A stretch of DNA of 64,000 nucleotides from a virus (IMGVR_UViG_3300045988_150638); one strand, 5' to 3'. Positions 33,066 to 43,157 are shown, counted from the stretch's first letter. Numbers and translations are program-made. Notes: generated by a model from the letters alone, not told the origin.

Positions 33066-33414
33066 GTTGTAACCCTTGAATATCAACCACAGAAAGCTCG
33101 TTTTTGTAGAAAAAGGCCAGGTTGAGGCACCCCCTAGTTTGAGCGTATGAGCTGGGACCAATTTCGTTCTTCCAGACAAATGGCTTCAAATCCGTACGGC
33201 GAAGCATAAAAACGCGATTTGTTCCGCTCTGATTCCCAATGAGGCAAAAGCCTTCTTTCACCTTGATAGCCTGCAAGTTGTCGAGTTCACCGCTGGTTAC
33301 ACGGCTATCGAACTCTTTGCGGCTTATTAGCTCCATCTGCATCTGACGACTCCAAACAAATACCCATTGAAGGGCGATGGCTGAATGGTACCGAAAACAC
33401 GACATAAAAAACAA
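33058..33414 (-). CDS. hypothetical protein upstream of hrdC (Uhr-like position)
   Basis: 118-aa ORF; a C1-operator-like site overlaps its 5' end, so the real start may be an internal Met. Confidence 0.4.
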
Positions 33415-33430
33415 TATTTATTAGAGCAAT
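33414..33430 (-). promoter_or_regulatory. C1-operator-like site (atatttattagagcaat, 1 mismatch)
   Basis: 16/17 match; positioned to control the uhr-hrdC-dmt leftward operon. Confidence 0.5.
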
Positions 33431-33460
33431 AATGCAATAGTTAACACCATGTAGACCACA

Positions 33461-33478
33461 AGTAACCTAAGTTAAAAT
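33461..33478 (+). promoter_or_regulatory. candidate late promoter: AGTAACC-N5-TAAAAT
   Basis: Weaker variant of the shared motif, 33 nt upstream of the 33511 start. Confidence 0.3.
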
Positions 33479-33510
33479 AACGAAAACCAGAGCAAATAAT
33501 TGGTGATGAC

Positions 33511-33795
33511 GTGGCAAGTATTGCAACAAAAGACAGCATTTGTTCGGGGCACGGAGGATTCCCATCCAGGCCTCCTGTAGAGAGTGAACCACTACTTAAA
33601 GTCAACGGAGTCGAAGTGTTAGTTGATGGTAAGCAATATGCACAGCATACCGATGGAAACAGTACGCACGGTGGGCAAGCTATATCAACCAGGGCATGGT
33701 TTACCGTCAATGGTAAAGGGATCGTATGCGTTGGTGACCCTGTTTCATGCGGATCTACCGTAGCGTCCGGAGACGGCCTGGTTCAGGTAAGTTAG
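33511..33795 (+). CDS. small Gly/His-rich protein, PAAR-like spike-tip candidate
   Basis: 94 aa; CSGHGG ... HTDG..HGG ... VCVGDPVSCGS resembles PAAR-type cone proteins without the canonical PAAR tripeptides. Confidence 0.3.
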   Translation: MASIATKDSICSGHGGFPSRPPVESEPLLKVNGVEVLVDGKQYAQHTDGNSTHGGQAISTRAWFTVNGKGIVCVGDPVSCGSTVASGDGLVQVS

Positions 33796-33803
33796 GAGAT
33801 ATC

Positions 33804-34592
33804 ATGCTGGAAAAAGACTACCAGTTATCCGCATATAAAAAATTGGCCGCCGCCGGTGGGATGAAAACACCTGGTGCCATAACATCGGCACGAAACAGTG
33901 CTAACACAGCAAAACTGCTTGCAGAAGAATTGACCGGATTAATTCTGGATACAATTGTCTATCCCGACACTATTACCAGCTATGTTTCAACGATCAGAAC
34001 AACCACAACCGGCTTAACGAACATTGGAGAACTGACAACTAAGCACGCGGACCTGTTGGCTGGTTATGCAGATCTGTCAATGCTGCTTCAACTCGATATT
34101 GGTTGGGAGGTTTACTGCCGTGCTAATGAGCGAGAAGTTTCAGAACTGCCGATCTCTATTGCCATTGGTGATGTGAATATTACTAAATCGCTTGAGGACG
34201 CTGTTAACGCGCTTAATACATCAAGTTTAGTCGCTGCTATGGGGGAGATTAACCAGACCCTTAACACTGGCTCAGGAAGCTCGTCAAGCTCTGGTTCAGG
34301 CGGCGGCACTGCCACTCCCCCACCAGCACTAACAGAAGAGCAAATTGAATCTCTGAAAGTAGCAACTGAACAGTTTGGGGTTGTTTTCAACCAGACAACA
34401 GCGCCCACAACTGCGTTACAACAGCAGTATGAACGAGCGAATGAAAGCGCCAACGTAGCCATAACTGCTTATAACCATGCTATCGGTACCGCGCTTGCGG
34501 AAGCATCAGCAAATAAGGTCAGCACAGCCAGCGCAGTTGCCGCTTTGGTTCCTGATTCTGTTCTTGATGAATTAAACAAAGCGGCACAGTAA
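33804..34592 (+). CDS. hypothetical protein with Ser/Gly-rich linker
   Basis: Start chosen at ATG 33804 with TAGGAG RBS; 262 aa; GSGSSSSSGSGGG linker. Confidence 0.45.
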   Translation: MLEKDYQLSAYKKLAAAGGMKTPGAITSARNSANTAKLLAEELTGLILDTIVYPDTITSYVSTIRTTTTGLTNIGELTTKHADLLAGYADLSMLLQLDIGWEVYCRANEREVSELPISIAIGDVNITKSLEDAVNALNTSSLVAAMGEINQTLNTGSGSSSSSGSGGGTATPPPALTEEQIESLKVATEQFGVVFNQTTAPTTALQQQYERANESANVAITAYNHAIGTALAEASANKVSTASAVAALVPDSVLDELNKAAQ

Positions 34593-34631
34593 CAAAGGAC
34601 TTCATTGATAATTTTTCTTCAGGAGGAAGAC

Positions 34632-35054
34632 ATGTCATTCTTTTCTACGTTAAAAACAGCTTTGTCTTTGAAGGAGAAACTTGCTGCTACTGGTGTTCTT
34701 GTTCTGATTTGCGCACTTGTTGGTGCTGGGTTTGCATGGGAACGTCATCAGCTAAAGCAAGCCATGGAGAAAATTGGCAGTCTTGATCAGGCTGTTAAGG
34801 AACGTGATAAGTCAATAATGGATCTTAACCAGACCATTGAGACGATGAACAAAGCAGAGCAACATTTCCACAGCCAGGAAGTGAAAAATGAATCAGAACA
34901 AGCCAAATATGCTGACAGGCAAATGGAACGAAAAGCTGAAGTTCAGAAACAACTGGTTGCGGCGGGTAATGTTCGCCAGCGCATTCCTGCTGACACTCAG
35001 CGGTTGCTCCGGGAGTCGATCAGCGAATTTAACGCCGACGCCGACAAAGGTTAA
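34632..35054 (+). CDS. i-spanin (Rz-like): N-terminal TM helix plus periplasmic coiled coil
   Basis: AGGAGG RBS; TM GVLVLICALVGAGFAW followed by charged coiled coil; overlaps the o-spanin gene in another frame. Confidence 0.55.
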   Translation: MSFFSTLKTALSLKEKLAATGVLVLICALVGAGFAWERHQLKQAMEKIGSLDQAVKERDKSIMDLNQTIETMNKAEQHFHSQEVKNESEQAKYADRQMERKAEVQKQLVAAGNVRQRIPADTQRLLRESISEFNADADKG

Positions 35055-35220
35055 CCACCCTGCCCCCAAAAGTGCATTTATGTGCAGGATGCCAGAGTTT
35101 AGCAGTGAATATTTTGATGATCTGCCAGCCTATATCCTTGATACAGAAACGATGCTGATGGGGATTAACAGGAAGAATCGCAACGTTAATGATTACAACC
35201 GCGCTATCAGCGGTAACTAA
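34969..35220 (+). CDS. o-spanin (Rz1-like) lipoprotein overlapping the 3' end of the i-spanin gene
   Basis: Lipobox LTLSGC after a signal peptide (MFASAFLLTLSGCSGS), Pro-rich mature part TPTPTKVNHPAP. Confidence 0.55.
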   Translation: MFASAFLLTLSGCSGSRSANLTPTPTKVNHPAPKSAFMCRMPEFSSEYFDDLPAYILDTETMLMGINRKNRNVNDYNRAISGN

Positions 35221-35231
35221 AAGGGATTTTT

Positions 35232-35624
35232 ATGTCTGATAAAGTAACAGTAAAGCAAACTATCAACAAAGCGACTTCAATCTACAAAATTGAGCACATC
35301 ACTGTTGGCAAGCCAGGATCTGAACAATACCGTCATGCTTTCGAGCTTGCCGATCAGCTTGGTTTAAAACACCCGGATTGCATCGAGCATGTATTTCCGA
35401 CCTATGCTGATGAGCAATGTACTCATGTTCTTACCGAAGAGGATTTTTTCAGCACTGAAGAACGAGAAGGCGTTGATCGCTGTATTGGTGTGATTTGCTC
35501 TTCAGTGAGTTATGAGTTATTCCCTAATGTCCATGAAAATGGTGGTATTGGATACCAATTCCTGTACGAAGGCGATGAGCTTAAATGTTATGAACATGGT
35601 CTTCTCATCGAAAGCATAGAATAA
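35232..35624 (+). CDS. hypothetical protein
   Basis: 130-aa ORF between the spanins and the plasmid origin. Confidence 0.45.
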   Translation: MSDKVTVKQTINKATSIYKIEHITVGKPGSEQYRHAFELADQLGLKHPDCIEHVFPTYADEQCTHVLTEEDFFSTEEREGVDRCIGVICSSVSYELFPNVHENGGIGYQFLYEGDELKCYEHGLLIESIE

Positions 35625-35665
35625 TACAGCTTCCTTCCAACCGGCTTTGTTGGCCGGTTTTTCAC

Positions 35666-35924
35666 TTATCCACATTATCCACTGGATAGATCCAATAATT
35701 AGGTCCATACAGATCCCTATTAGATCCATATAGATCCCTGATCGTTGCAGGCCGCGCCACGTCTGGCCTAGAAGTGTATCGTGATGTGTGCTGGAGGGAA
35801 AACGATGTGTGCTGGAGGGATAAAAATGTGTGCTGACGGGTTGCTAATGTGTGCTGGCGGGATATAGGATGTGTGCTGACGGGAAAGCCTGGGTAGTTAT
35901 CATCACTTATAAAAACTATCCACA
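35666..35924. other. plasmid replication origin oriR: two DnaA boxes, five GATC heptamer sites, five incC iterons, one further DnaA box
   Basis: TTATCCACA at 35666, TTATCCACT at 35676, cTATCCACA at 35916; GATC at 35689, 35712, 35723, 35733, 35740; directly upstream of repA. Confidence 0.8.
35784..35883 (+). repeat. incC iterons: five direct repeats of atgtgtgctg(g/a)(a/c)ggg spaced 21-22 bp
   Basis: Repeat starts at 35784, 35805, 35826, 35847, 35869; same core as the incA repeats downstream of repA. Confidence 0.85.
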
Positions 35925-35942
35925 CAATTCGGAAAAAGTAAT

Positions 35943-36803
35943 ATGAATCAATCATTTATCTCCGATATTCTTTACGCAGACATTGAAAGTAAGGCAAAAG
36001 AACTAACAGTTAATTCAAACAACACTGTGCAGCCTGTAGCGTTGATGCGCTTGGGGGTATTCGTTCCGAAGCCATCAAAGAGCAAAGGAGAAAGTAAAGA
36101 GATTGATGCCACCAAAGCGTTTTCCCAGCTGGAGATAGCTAAAGCTGAGGGTTACGATGATATTAAAATCACCGGTCCTCGACTCGATATGGATACTGAT
36201 TTCAAAACGTGGATCGGTGTCATCTACGCGTTCAGCAAATACGGCTTGTCTTCAAACACCATCCAGTTATCGTTTCAGGAATTCGCTAAAGCCTGTGGTT
36301 TCCCCTCAAAACGTCTGGATGCGAAACTGCGTTTAACCATTCATGAATCACTTGGACGCTTGCGTAACAAGGGTATCGCTTTTAAGCGCGGAAAAGATGC
36401 TAAAGGCGGCTATCAGACTGGTCTGCTGAAGGTCGGGCGTTTTGATGCTGACCTTGATCTGATAGAGCTGGAGGCCGATTCGAAGCTCTGGGAGCTGTTC
36501 CAGCTTGATTATCGCGTTCTGTTGCAACACCACGCCTTGCGTGCCCTTCCGAAGAAAGAAGCTGCACAAGCCATTTACACTTTCATCGAAAGCCTTCCGC
36601 AGAACCCGTTGCCGCTATCGTTCGCGCGAATCCGTGAGCGCCTGGCTTTGCAGTCAGCAGTTGGCGAGCAAAACCGTATCATTAAGAAAGCGATAGAACA
36701 GCTTAAAACAATCGGCTATCTCGACTGTTCAATTGAGAAGAAAGGCCGGGAAAGTTTTGTAATCGTCCATTCTCGCAATCCAAAGCTGAAACTCCCCGAA
36801 TAA
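35943..36803 (+). CDS. repA: plasmid replication initiator RepA (iteron-binding)
   Basis: 286-aa ORF flanked by iteron arrays on both sides; same length and position as P1 RepA. Confidence 0.85.
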   Translation: MNQSFISDILYADIESKAKELTVNSNNTVQPVALMRLGVFVPKPSKSKGESKEIDATKAFSQLEIAKAEGYDDIKITGPRLDMDTDFKTWIGVIYAFSKYGLSSNTIQLSFQEFAKACGFPSKRLDAKLRLTIHESLGRLRNKGIAFKRGKDAKGGYQTGLLKVGRFDADLDLIELEADSKLWELFQLDYRVLLQHHALRALPKKEAAQAIYTFIESLPQNPLPLSFARIRERLALQSAVGEQNRIIKKAIEQLKTIGYLDCSIEKKGRESFVIVHSRNPKLKLPE

Positions 36804-37087
36804 GTGTGTGCTGGAGGGCAGCAGCATTCAAAAAATGTGTGCTGCCGGGTAGGCTTGTCTAATTTCCCGTTTTTGATGTGCGCTGGAGGGGGATGCCCCG
36901 CAGTTTGCCCAGACTTTCCCTCCAGCACACATCTGTCCACCCGTTTTTCCCTCCAGTGCACATGTAATTATCTGCCTTTCCCTCCAGCACACATATTTGA
37001 TACCAGCGATCCCTCCACAGCACATAATTCAATGCGACTTCCCTCTATCGCACATCTTAGACTTTTATTCTCCCTCCAGCACACATC
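36804..37087. repeat. incA iterons: nine copies of the RepA-binding repeat, three direct then six inverted
   Basis: Direct copies at 36804, 36835, 36875; inverted copies (ccctccagcacacat type) at 36918, 36949, 36980, 37011, 37041, 37073. Confidence 0.85.
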
Positions 37088-37262
37088 GATGCTGCCGGGC
37101 AAGCCGTTCTCACCAGTTGATAGAGAGTGAAGCCTTGCTGCCCGTTGAAGCAGGAAATCACCAAAATGATTCAGGCTACAACCTGAACGTAGAAGAAATC
37201 CGCGTCGTTTATGCGTGGAGGATGCCAAAGCATGTTGCGACACACCTGGCAAAGGAGTAAAC

Positions 37263-37345
37263 ATGCAGAGAATGCTATGTACAAGCATCTGCGCATACAT
37301 TATTATTTTATGCAGCATTTTTAATTATATTCAAAAATACAGCAT
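37263..37345 (+). promoter_or_regulatory. parA promoter/operator region with imperfect inverted repeats
   Basis: atgcagcattttt (37310) and aaaaatacagcat (37333) form an imperfect palindrome just upstream of the parA start; AT-rich. Confidence 0.3.
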
Positions 37346-37360
37346 AAAGGATGACTTTCG

Positions 37361-38557
37361 ATGAGTGATTCCAGCCAGCTTCACAAGGTTGCTCAAAGAG
37401 CAAATAGAATGCTCAATGTTCTGACTGAACAAGTACAGTTGCAAAAGGATGAGCTACACGCGAACGAGTTTTACCAGGTCTATGCGAAAGCGGCACTGGC
37501 AAAATTGCCTCTACTGACTCGAGCGAACGTTGACTATGCCGTGAGTGAAATGGAAGAAAAGGGTTATGTTTTCGATAAACGCCCTGCTGGCTCTTCAATG
37601 AAATATGCGATGTCAATTCAGAACATCATTGACATATATGAACATCGCGGAGTGCCAAAATACCGGGATCGCTACAGCGAAGCGTATGTGATTTTCATCT
37701 CCAATCTTAAAGGCGGTGTGTCAAAAACTGTATCGACGGTTTCTCTGGCGCATGCAATGCGTGCTCACCCTCATCTTCTGATGGAAGATTTAAGGATTCT
37801 GGTTATTGACCTTGATCCGCAATCTTCAGCAACGATGTTTTTAAGCCATAAACACTCTATTGGTATCGTAAACGCAACATCTGCACAGGCTATGTTGCAG
37901 AATGTAAGCCGTGAAGAGCTGTTAGAGGAGTTTATTGTTCCTTCTGTTGTACCTGGGGTTGACGTTATGCCTGCGTCGATTGACGATGCCTTTATTGCAT
38001 CCGATTGGAGAGAGCTGTGCAATGAGCATCTACCGGGTCAGAACATCCATGCAGTACTGAAAGAAAATGTGATTGATAAGCTGAAGAGCGATTATGACTT
38101 TATCCTCGTTGATAGTGGTCCTCACCTTGACGCCTTCCTGAAAAATGCTTTGGCCTCGGCCAATATATTGTTTACACCTCTGCCGCCTGCAACGGTTGAT
38201 TTCCACTCATCGCTTAAATACGTTGCCCGTCTTCCTGAGTTGGTGAAACTCATTTCGGATGAAGGCTGCGAGTGTCAGCTTGCAACTAACATTGGTTTTA
38301 TGTCCAAGTTGAGTAACAAGGCAGACCATAAGTATTGCCATAGCCTGGCTAAAGAAGTGTTCGGTGGGGATATGCTTGATGTTGTCCTCCCTCGCCTTGA
38401 CGGTTTTGAACGCTGCGGCGAGTCTTTTGACACTGTTATTTCAGCTAACCCGGCAACGTATGTTGGTAGTGCTGATGCATTGAAGAACGCGCGAATTGCT
38501 GCGGAAGATTTTGCTAAAGCAGTTTTTGACCGTATTGAATTTATCAGATCTAACTGA
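37361..38557 (+). CDS. parA: partition ATPase ParA (type Ia, with N-terminal DNA-binding extension)
   Basis: 398 aa; deviant Walker A KGGVSKT; followed by parB and the partition site. Confidence 0.9.
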   Translation: MSDSSQLHKVAQRANRMLNVLTEQVQLQKDELHANEFYQVYAKAALAKLPLLTRANVDYAVSEMEEKGYVFDKRPAGSSMKYAMSIQNIIDIYEHRGVPKYRDRYSEAYVIFISNLKGGVSKTVSTVSLAHAMRAHPHLLMEDLRILVIDLDPQSSATMFLSHKHSIGIVNATSAQAMLQNVSREELLEEFIVPSVVPGVDVMPASIDDAFIASDWRELCNEHLPGQNIHAVLKENVIDKLKSDYDFILVDSGPHLDAFLKNALASANILFTPLPPATVDFHSSLKYVARLPELVKLISDEGCECQLATNIGFMSKLSNKADHKYCHSLAKEVFGGDMLDVVLPRLDGFERCGESFDTVISANPATYVGSADALKNARIAAEDFAKAVFDRIEFIRSN

Positions 38558-38573
38558 GGAGTAAGAAACCCCC

Positions 38574-39575
38574 ATGTCAAAGAAAAACAGACCAACAATT
38601 GGGCGAACCCTTAATCCTTCAATATTAAGCGGATTTGATAGTTCTTCATCCTCTGGCGATCGAGTCGAGCAGGTATTCAAGTTATCAACTGGTCGCCAGG
38701 CCACATTTATTGAAGAGGTAATACCTCCGAACCAGGTAGAAAGCGATACCTTTGTTGATCAGCATAACAACGGGCGTGACCAGACATCTCTTACGCCAAA
38801 ATCATTAAAAAGTATCCGAAGCACTATTAAGCATCAGCAATTTTACCCTGCAATAGGTGTTAGACGGGCTACAGGGAAAATTGAAATTTTGGATGGTTCC
38901 CGGCGTCGAGCTTCTGCCATCTTAGAGAACGTAGGGTTGCGGGTTTTAGTCACGGACCAGGAGATCAGCGTTCAGGAAGCGCAAAATTTAGCGAAAGACG
39001 TTCAGACAGCATTGCAGCACAGCATTCGAGAAATAGGTCTGCGTTTGATGCGAATGAAAAATGATGGGATGAGTCAGAAGGATATTGCAGCCAAGGAAGG
39101 GCTGTCTCAGGCGAAAGTCACGCGTGCTCTCCAGGCAGCGAGTGCTCCGGAAGAATTAGTCGCCCTTTTCCCTGTGCAGTCGGAATTAACCTTTTCGGAC
39201 TACAAAACGCTTTGTGCTGTTGGCGACGAAATGGGGAACAAGAATTTAGAGTTTGATCAGCTTATTCAAAACATATCCCCGGAAATAAACGACATCTTAT
39301 CCATTGAAGAAATGGCCGAAGATGAAGTTAAAAATAAAATCCTGCGCTTGATAACAAAGGAAGCCTCACTACTCACGGATAAAGGTTCTAAAGATAAGTC
39401 CGTAGTTACTGAATTATGGAAATTTGAGGACAAGGATCGCTTTGCAAGGAAGCGCGTGAAAGGCCGTGCATTTTCTTATGAGTTTAATCGACTTTCAAAA
39501 GAGCTACAGGAAGAACTCGACAGGATGATTGGGCATATCCTTAGAAAGAGCCTCGATAAAAAGCCGAAGCCTTAA
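38574..39575 (+). CDS. parB: partition protein ParB
   Basis: 333 aa; ParB/Spo0J-like N-terminal region and HTH (DIAAKEGLSQAKVTRAL); parS immediately downstream. Confidence 0.9.
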   Translation: MSKKNRPTIGRTLNPSILSGFDSSSSSGDRVEQVFKLSTGRQATFIEEVIPPNQVESDTFVDQHNNGRDQTSLTPKSLKSIRSTIKHQQFYPAIGVRRATGKIEILDGSRRRASAILENVGLRVLVTDQEISVQEAQNLAKDVQTALQHSIREIGLRLMRMKNDGMSQKDIAAKEGLSQAKVTRALQAASAPEELVALFPVQSELTFSDYKTLCAVGDEMGNKNLEFDQLIQNISPEINDILSIEEMAEDEVKNKILRLITKEASLLTDKGSKDKSVVTELWKFEDKDRFARKRVKGRAFSYEFNRLSKELQEELDRMIGHILRKSLDKKPKP

Positions 39576-39578
39576 ACT

Positions 39579-39663
39579 TTCGCCATTCAAATTTTACTAT
39601 TAACCTACTGTTTTTAAAGTAAATCACTCTAAAATTTCAAGGTGAAATCGCCACGATTTCACC
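39579..39663. other. parS: parS centromere site: heptamer boxes (ATTTCAC type) and hexamer boxes (TCGCCA) flanking an AT-rich IHF-like core
   Basis: tcgcca at 39580 and 39649; attttac, aatttca, gtgaaat, gatttcac heptamers; inverted repeat ggtgaaatcgccacgatttcacc. Confidence 0.7.
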
Positions 39664-39731
39664 TTGGATTTTACCTTCCTCACCTACTCCCGAAAAAAAT
39701 AAAAAAATTGCTTGTCACGAGAAAGTCAACA

Positions 39732-39750
39732 AGTGACTTTCAATAAAATC
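39732..39750 (+). promoter_or_regulatory. candidate late promoter: AGTGACT-N5-TAAAAT
   Basis: Shared motif about 50 nt upstream of the head gene start; embedded in the inverted repeat gaaagtca...tgactttc. Confidence 0.4.
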
Positions 39751-39779
39751 TCTTCCGAAAAGGGATTCACACAAGTGCC

Positions 39780-41507
39780 TTGTGTTTAAGGAAGAGTAAA
39801 TTGAGTAACTTACGCGAATACCAGAATCGTATTGCAGATATCGCAAAACGCTCTAAAGCTGTGCTTGGCTGGGCAAGCACTGCGCAGTTCGGTACTGATA
39901 ACCAATTCATTAAAGATGATGCCGCGCGTGCCGCATCTATCCTTGAAGCTGCACGTAAAGACCCAATTTTTGCGGGTATCTCTGATAATGCCACCGCTCA
40001 AATCGCTACAGCGTGGGCAAGTGCACTGGCTGACTACGCCGCAACACATAAATCTATGCCACGTCCGGAAATTCTGGCCTCCTGCCACCAGACGCTGGAA
40101 AACTGCCTGATTGAGTCCACCCGCAATAGCATGGATGCCACCAATAAAGCGATGCTGGAATCAGTCGCGGCAGAGATGATGAGTGTTTCTGACGGGGTTA
40201 TGCGTCTGCCTTTATTCCTGGCGATGATCCTGCCTGTTCAGTTGGGGGCAGCTACCGCTGATGCGTGTACATTCATTCCGGTTACGCGTGACAAGTCCGA
40301 AATCTATGAAATCTTTAACGTAGCGGGTTCTTCTTTTGGCTCTTATGCTATTGGTGATGTTCTGGACATGCAATCCGTTGGCGTGTACAGCCAGTTGCGC
40401 CGCCGCTATGTGCTGGTTGCAAGCTCCGACGGCACCAGCAAAACTGCAACCTTCAAGATGGAAGATGTCGAAGGTCAGAATGTCCCGATTCGCAAAGGTC
40501 GCACAAACATCTACGTTAACCGTATTAAGTCTGTTGTTGATAACGGCTCCGGCACTCTGCTTCACACATTCAATAACAAAGCAGGCGAACAAATCACTGT
40601 TACTTGCTCTTTGAATTACAACGTTGGTCAGATTGCCCTGTCGTTCTCCAAAGCGCCGGATAAAGGCACTGAGATCGCCATTGAGGTGGAGATCAATATA
40701 GAAGCAGCTCCTGAGCTGATCCCACTTATCAACCACGAAATGAAGAGTTACACCCTGTTCCCAAACCAGTTCGTCATCGCGGCTGAGCACACGGTACAGG
40801 CGGCGTATGAAGCACAGCGTGAATTTGGTCTGGATCTTGGCTCCCTACAGTTCCGCACCCTGAAGGAATACCTGTCCCATGAGCAAGATATGCTTCGTCT
40901 TCGTATCATGATTTGGCGAACTCTTGCGACCGACTCCTTTGATATTGCACTGCCAGCTAACCAGTCCTTTGATGTGTGGGCAACCATCATTCGAGGCAAA
41001 TTCCAGACGGTATATCGCGGTATTATTGAGCGTATTAAATCTTCTGGTGCGATGGGGATGTATGCCGGTGCTGATGCGGCATCTTTCTTCAAACAATTGC
41101 CGAAGGATTTCTTCCAGCCAGCAGAAGATTACATCCAGACCCCATACGTCCACTACATTGGCACTCTGTTCGGCAACGTCAAAGTGTTCGAAGTACCAGA
41201 AGGTATTTGTACGAACCTGACCGCCGACGGTATCCAGTTCAGCCCAATGGATGTGCTGTGCTACGTCCGTGATGAAAATCCGGGCAAAGCGGGCTTCGTA
41301 ACTGGTGATGCAGTCCCGGCTGTCCCATTCCAGCATCCGACCACCCCGGCACTAGTCAACCGAACCACTCTGTGGGGTTCGGCTATCAACGATATGCACC
41401 CACGTAACGGCGCTGACTACTTCACGCGTGTAACTCTGACTATGGCCAAAAATGGCGGAATTAACTTCCTGACCGGTAACATGATTGATGCCGGTGACTC
41501 TGAGTAA
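39780..41507 (+). CDS. major head protein precursor (gp23-like); listed start is TTG, an alternative TTG at 39801 has an AAGGAAG RBS
   Basis: 575-aa ORF first after parS; size fits a capsid precursor with a removable N-terminal domain; assignment mainly by synteny with P1. Confidence 0.45.
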   Translation: MCLRKSKLSNLREYQNRIADIAKRSKAVLGWASTAQFGTDNQFIKDDAARAASILEAARKDPIFAGISDNATAQIATAWASALADYAATHKSMPRPEILASCHQTLENCLIESTRNSMDATNKAMLESVAAEMMSVSDGVMRLPLFLAMILPVQLGAATADACTFIPVTRDKSEIYEIFNVAGSSFGSYAIGDVLDMQSVGVYSQLRRRYVLVASSDGTSKTATFKMEDVEGQNVPIRKGRTNIYVNRIKSVVDNGSGTLLHTFNNKAGEQITVTCSLNYNVGQIALSFSKAPDKGTEIAIEVEINIEAAPELIPLINHEMKSYTLFPNQFVIAAEHTVQAAYEAQREFGLDLGSLQFRTLKEYLSHEQDMLRLRIMIWRTLATDSFDIALPANQSFDVWATIIRGKFQTVYRGIIERIKSSGAMGMYAGADAASFFKQLPKDFFQPAEDYIQTPYVHYIGTLFGNVKVFEVPEGICTNLTADGIQFSPMDVLCYVRDENPGKAGFVTGDAVPAVPFQHPTTPALVNRTTLWGSAINDMHPRNGADYFTRVTLTMAKNGGINFLTGNMIDAGDSE

Positions 41508-41567
41508 GCACGGGAAGTTCTCCGTTTAACATAGCGCCCCCGTGCGGGGCGCATAACAGGGAAAGTT

Positions 41568-43157
41568 ATGTCTCAATATTCAATTCAACAGTCATTAGGT
41601 AATGCATCCAGCGTCGCGGTTAGCCCGATCAATGCCGATGCGACGTTATCTACCGGTGTTGCATTAAATAGCAGCTTATGGGCTGGTATTGGCGTATTTG
41701 CGCGTGGCAAGCCGTTTACTGTTCTTGCGGTTACTGAGTCCAATTACGAAGATGTTCTCGGCGAACCGCTGAAGCCGTCTTCCGGCTCACAGTTCGAACC
41801 AATTCGCCATGTGTACGAAGCTATTCAGCAAACGTCTGGTTATGTTGTCCGTGCTGTTCCGGATGATGCGAAGTTCCCGATTATTATGTTCGATGAATCA
41901 GGCGAACCGGCTTACAGTGCGTTGCCATACGGTTCTGAAATTGAACTTGATAGCGGCGAAGCCTTTGCTATCTACGTTGATGATGGTGATCCGTGTATTT
42001 CACCTACCCGTGAGTTAACCATCGAAACGGCAACAGCGGACAGCGCGAGTAATGAACGCTTCATCTTAAAACTGACCCAGACGACTTCGCTTGGTGTGGT
42101 AACGACCCTGGAGACACACACTGTGTCTTTGGCGGAAGAAGCGAAAGATGACATGGGCCGCTTGTGTTATCTGCCTACGGCTCTGGAAGCTCGTTCTAAA
42201 TATCTGCGCGCGGTTGTTAATGAAGATCTGATTTCTACAGCGAAAGTAACAAACAAAAAATCGTTGGCGTTCACTGGTGGTACCAACGGTGATCAGTCGA
42301 AAATCTCAACCGCTGCGTACCTGCGTGCGGTGAAAGTGCTGAACAATGCGCCGTACATGTACACCGCTGTTCTTGGCCTGGGCTGCTATGACAATGCGGC
42401 TATCACCGCATTAGGTAAAATCTGTGCAGATCGCCTGATTGATGGCTTCTTTGATGTCAAACCGACATTAAGGTACGCAGAAGCACTAACAGCTGTTGAG
42501 GGTACCGGTTTACTTGGTACCGATTATGTAAGCTGTTCTGTCTATCACTACCCGTTCTCCTGCAAAGACAAATGGACCCAATCCCGTGTGGTCTTCGGTC
42601 TGTCTGGCGCGGCGTATGCGGCGAAAGCTCGTGGCGTCAAGAAAAACTCTGATGTCGGCGGTTGGCATTACTCACCGGCTGGTGAAGAACGTGCCGTCAT
42701 TGCTCGTGCGTCAATTCAACCGCTGTATCCGGAAGATACCCCGGACGAAGAAGCAATGGTCAAGGGCCGTCTCAATAAAGTATCTGTTGGCACCTCTGGC
42801 CAGATGATCATCGACGATGCTTTAACTTGCTGCACGCAGGATAACTATCTGCACTTCCAGCACGTCCCATCCCTGATGAATGCAATCAGCCGTTTCTTTG
42901 TCCAGTTAGCCCGACAGATGAAGCATAGCCCGGACGGTATTACTGCGGCTGGCCTGACTAAAGGGATGACCAAACTTTTAGATCGCTTTGTCGCCTCCGG
43001 CGCTCTGGTGGCTCCTCGTGATCCCGATGCTGACGGTACAGAACCGTATGTGCTGAAAGTTACGCAGGCGGAATTCGATAAATGGGAAGTAGTCTGGGCC
43101 TGCTGCCCGACTGGCGTAGCCCGTCGTATCCAGGGCGTACCGCTGCTTATTAAGTAA
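41568..43157 (+). CDS. tail sheath protein
   Basis: 529 aa; N-terminal region ...GIGVFARGKPFTVLAVTESNYEDVLGEP... and conserved C-terminal domain resemble contractile sheath proteins. Confidence 0.55.
   Translation: MSQYSIQQSLGNASSVAVSPINADATLSTGVALNSSLWAGIGVFARGKPFTVLAVTESNYEDVLGEPLKPSSGSQFEPIRHVYEAIQQTSGYVVRAVPDDAKFPIIMFDESGEPAYSALPYGSEIELDSGEAFAIYVDDGDPCISPTRELTIETATADSASNERFILKLTQTTSLGVVTTLETHTVSLAEEAKDDMGRLCYLPTALEARSKYLRAVVNEDLISTAKVTNKKSLAFTGGTNGDQSKISTAAYLRAVKVLNNAPYMYTAVLGLGCYDNAAITALGKICADRLIDGFFDVKPTLRYAEALTAVEGTGLLGTDYVSCSVYHYPFSCKDKWTQSRVVFGLSGAAYAAKARGVKKNSDVGGWHYSPAGEERAVIARASIQPLYPEDTPDEEAMVKGRLNKVSVGTSGQMIIDDALTCCTQDNYLHFQHVPSLMNAISRFFVQLARQMKHSPDGITAAGLTKGMTKLLDRFVASGALVAPRDPDADGTEPYVLKVTQAEFDKWEVVWACCPTGVARRIQGVPLLIK

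Noticed and set aside
35784-37087. Regularly spaced short repeats that could be taken for a CRISPR array
   Set aside because: Repeat units are about 15-19 bp with 6-7 bp spacers, occur in both orientations and flank repA; this is the iteron pattern of a plasmid origin, not repeat-spacer architecture, and no cas genes are present.
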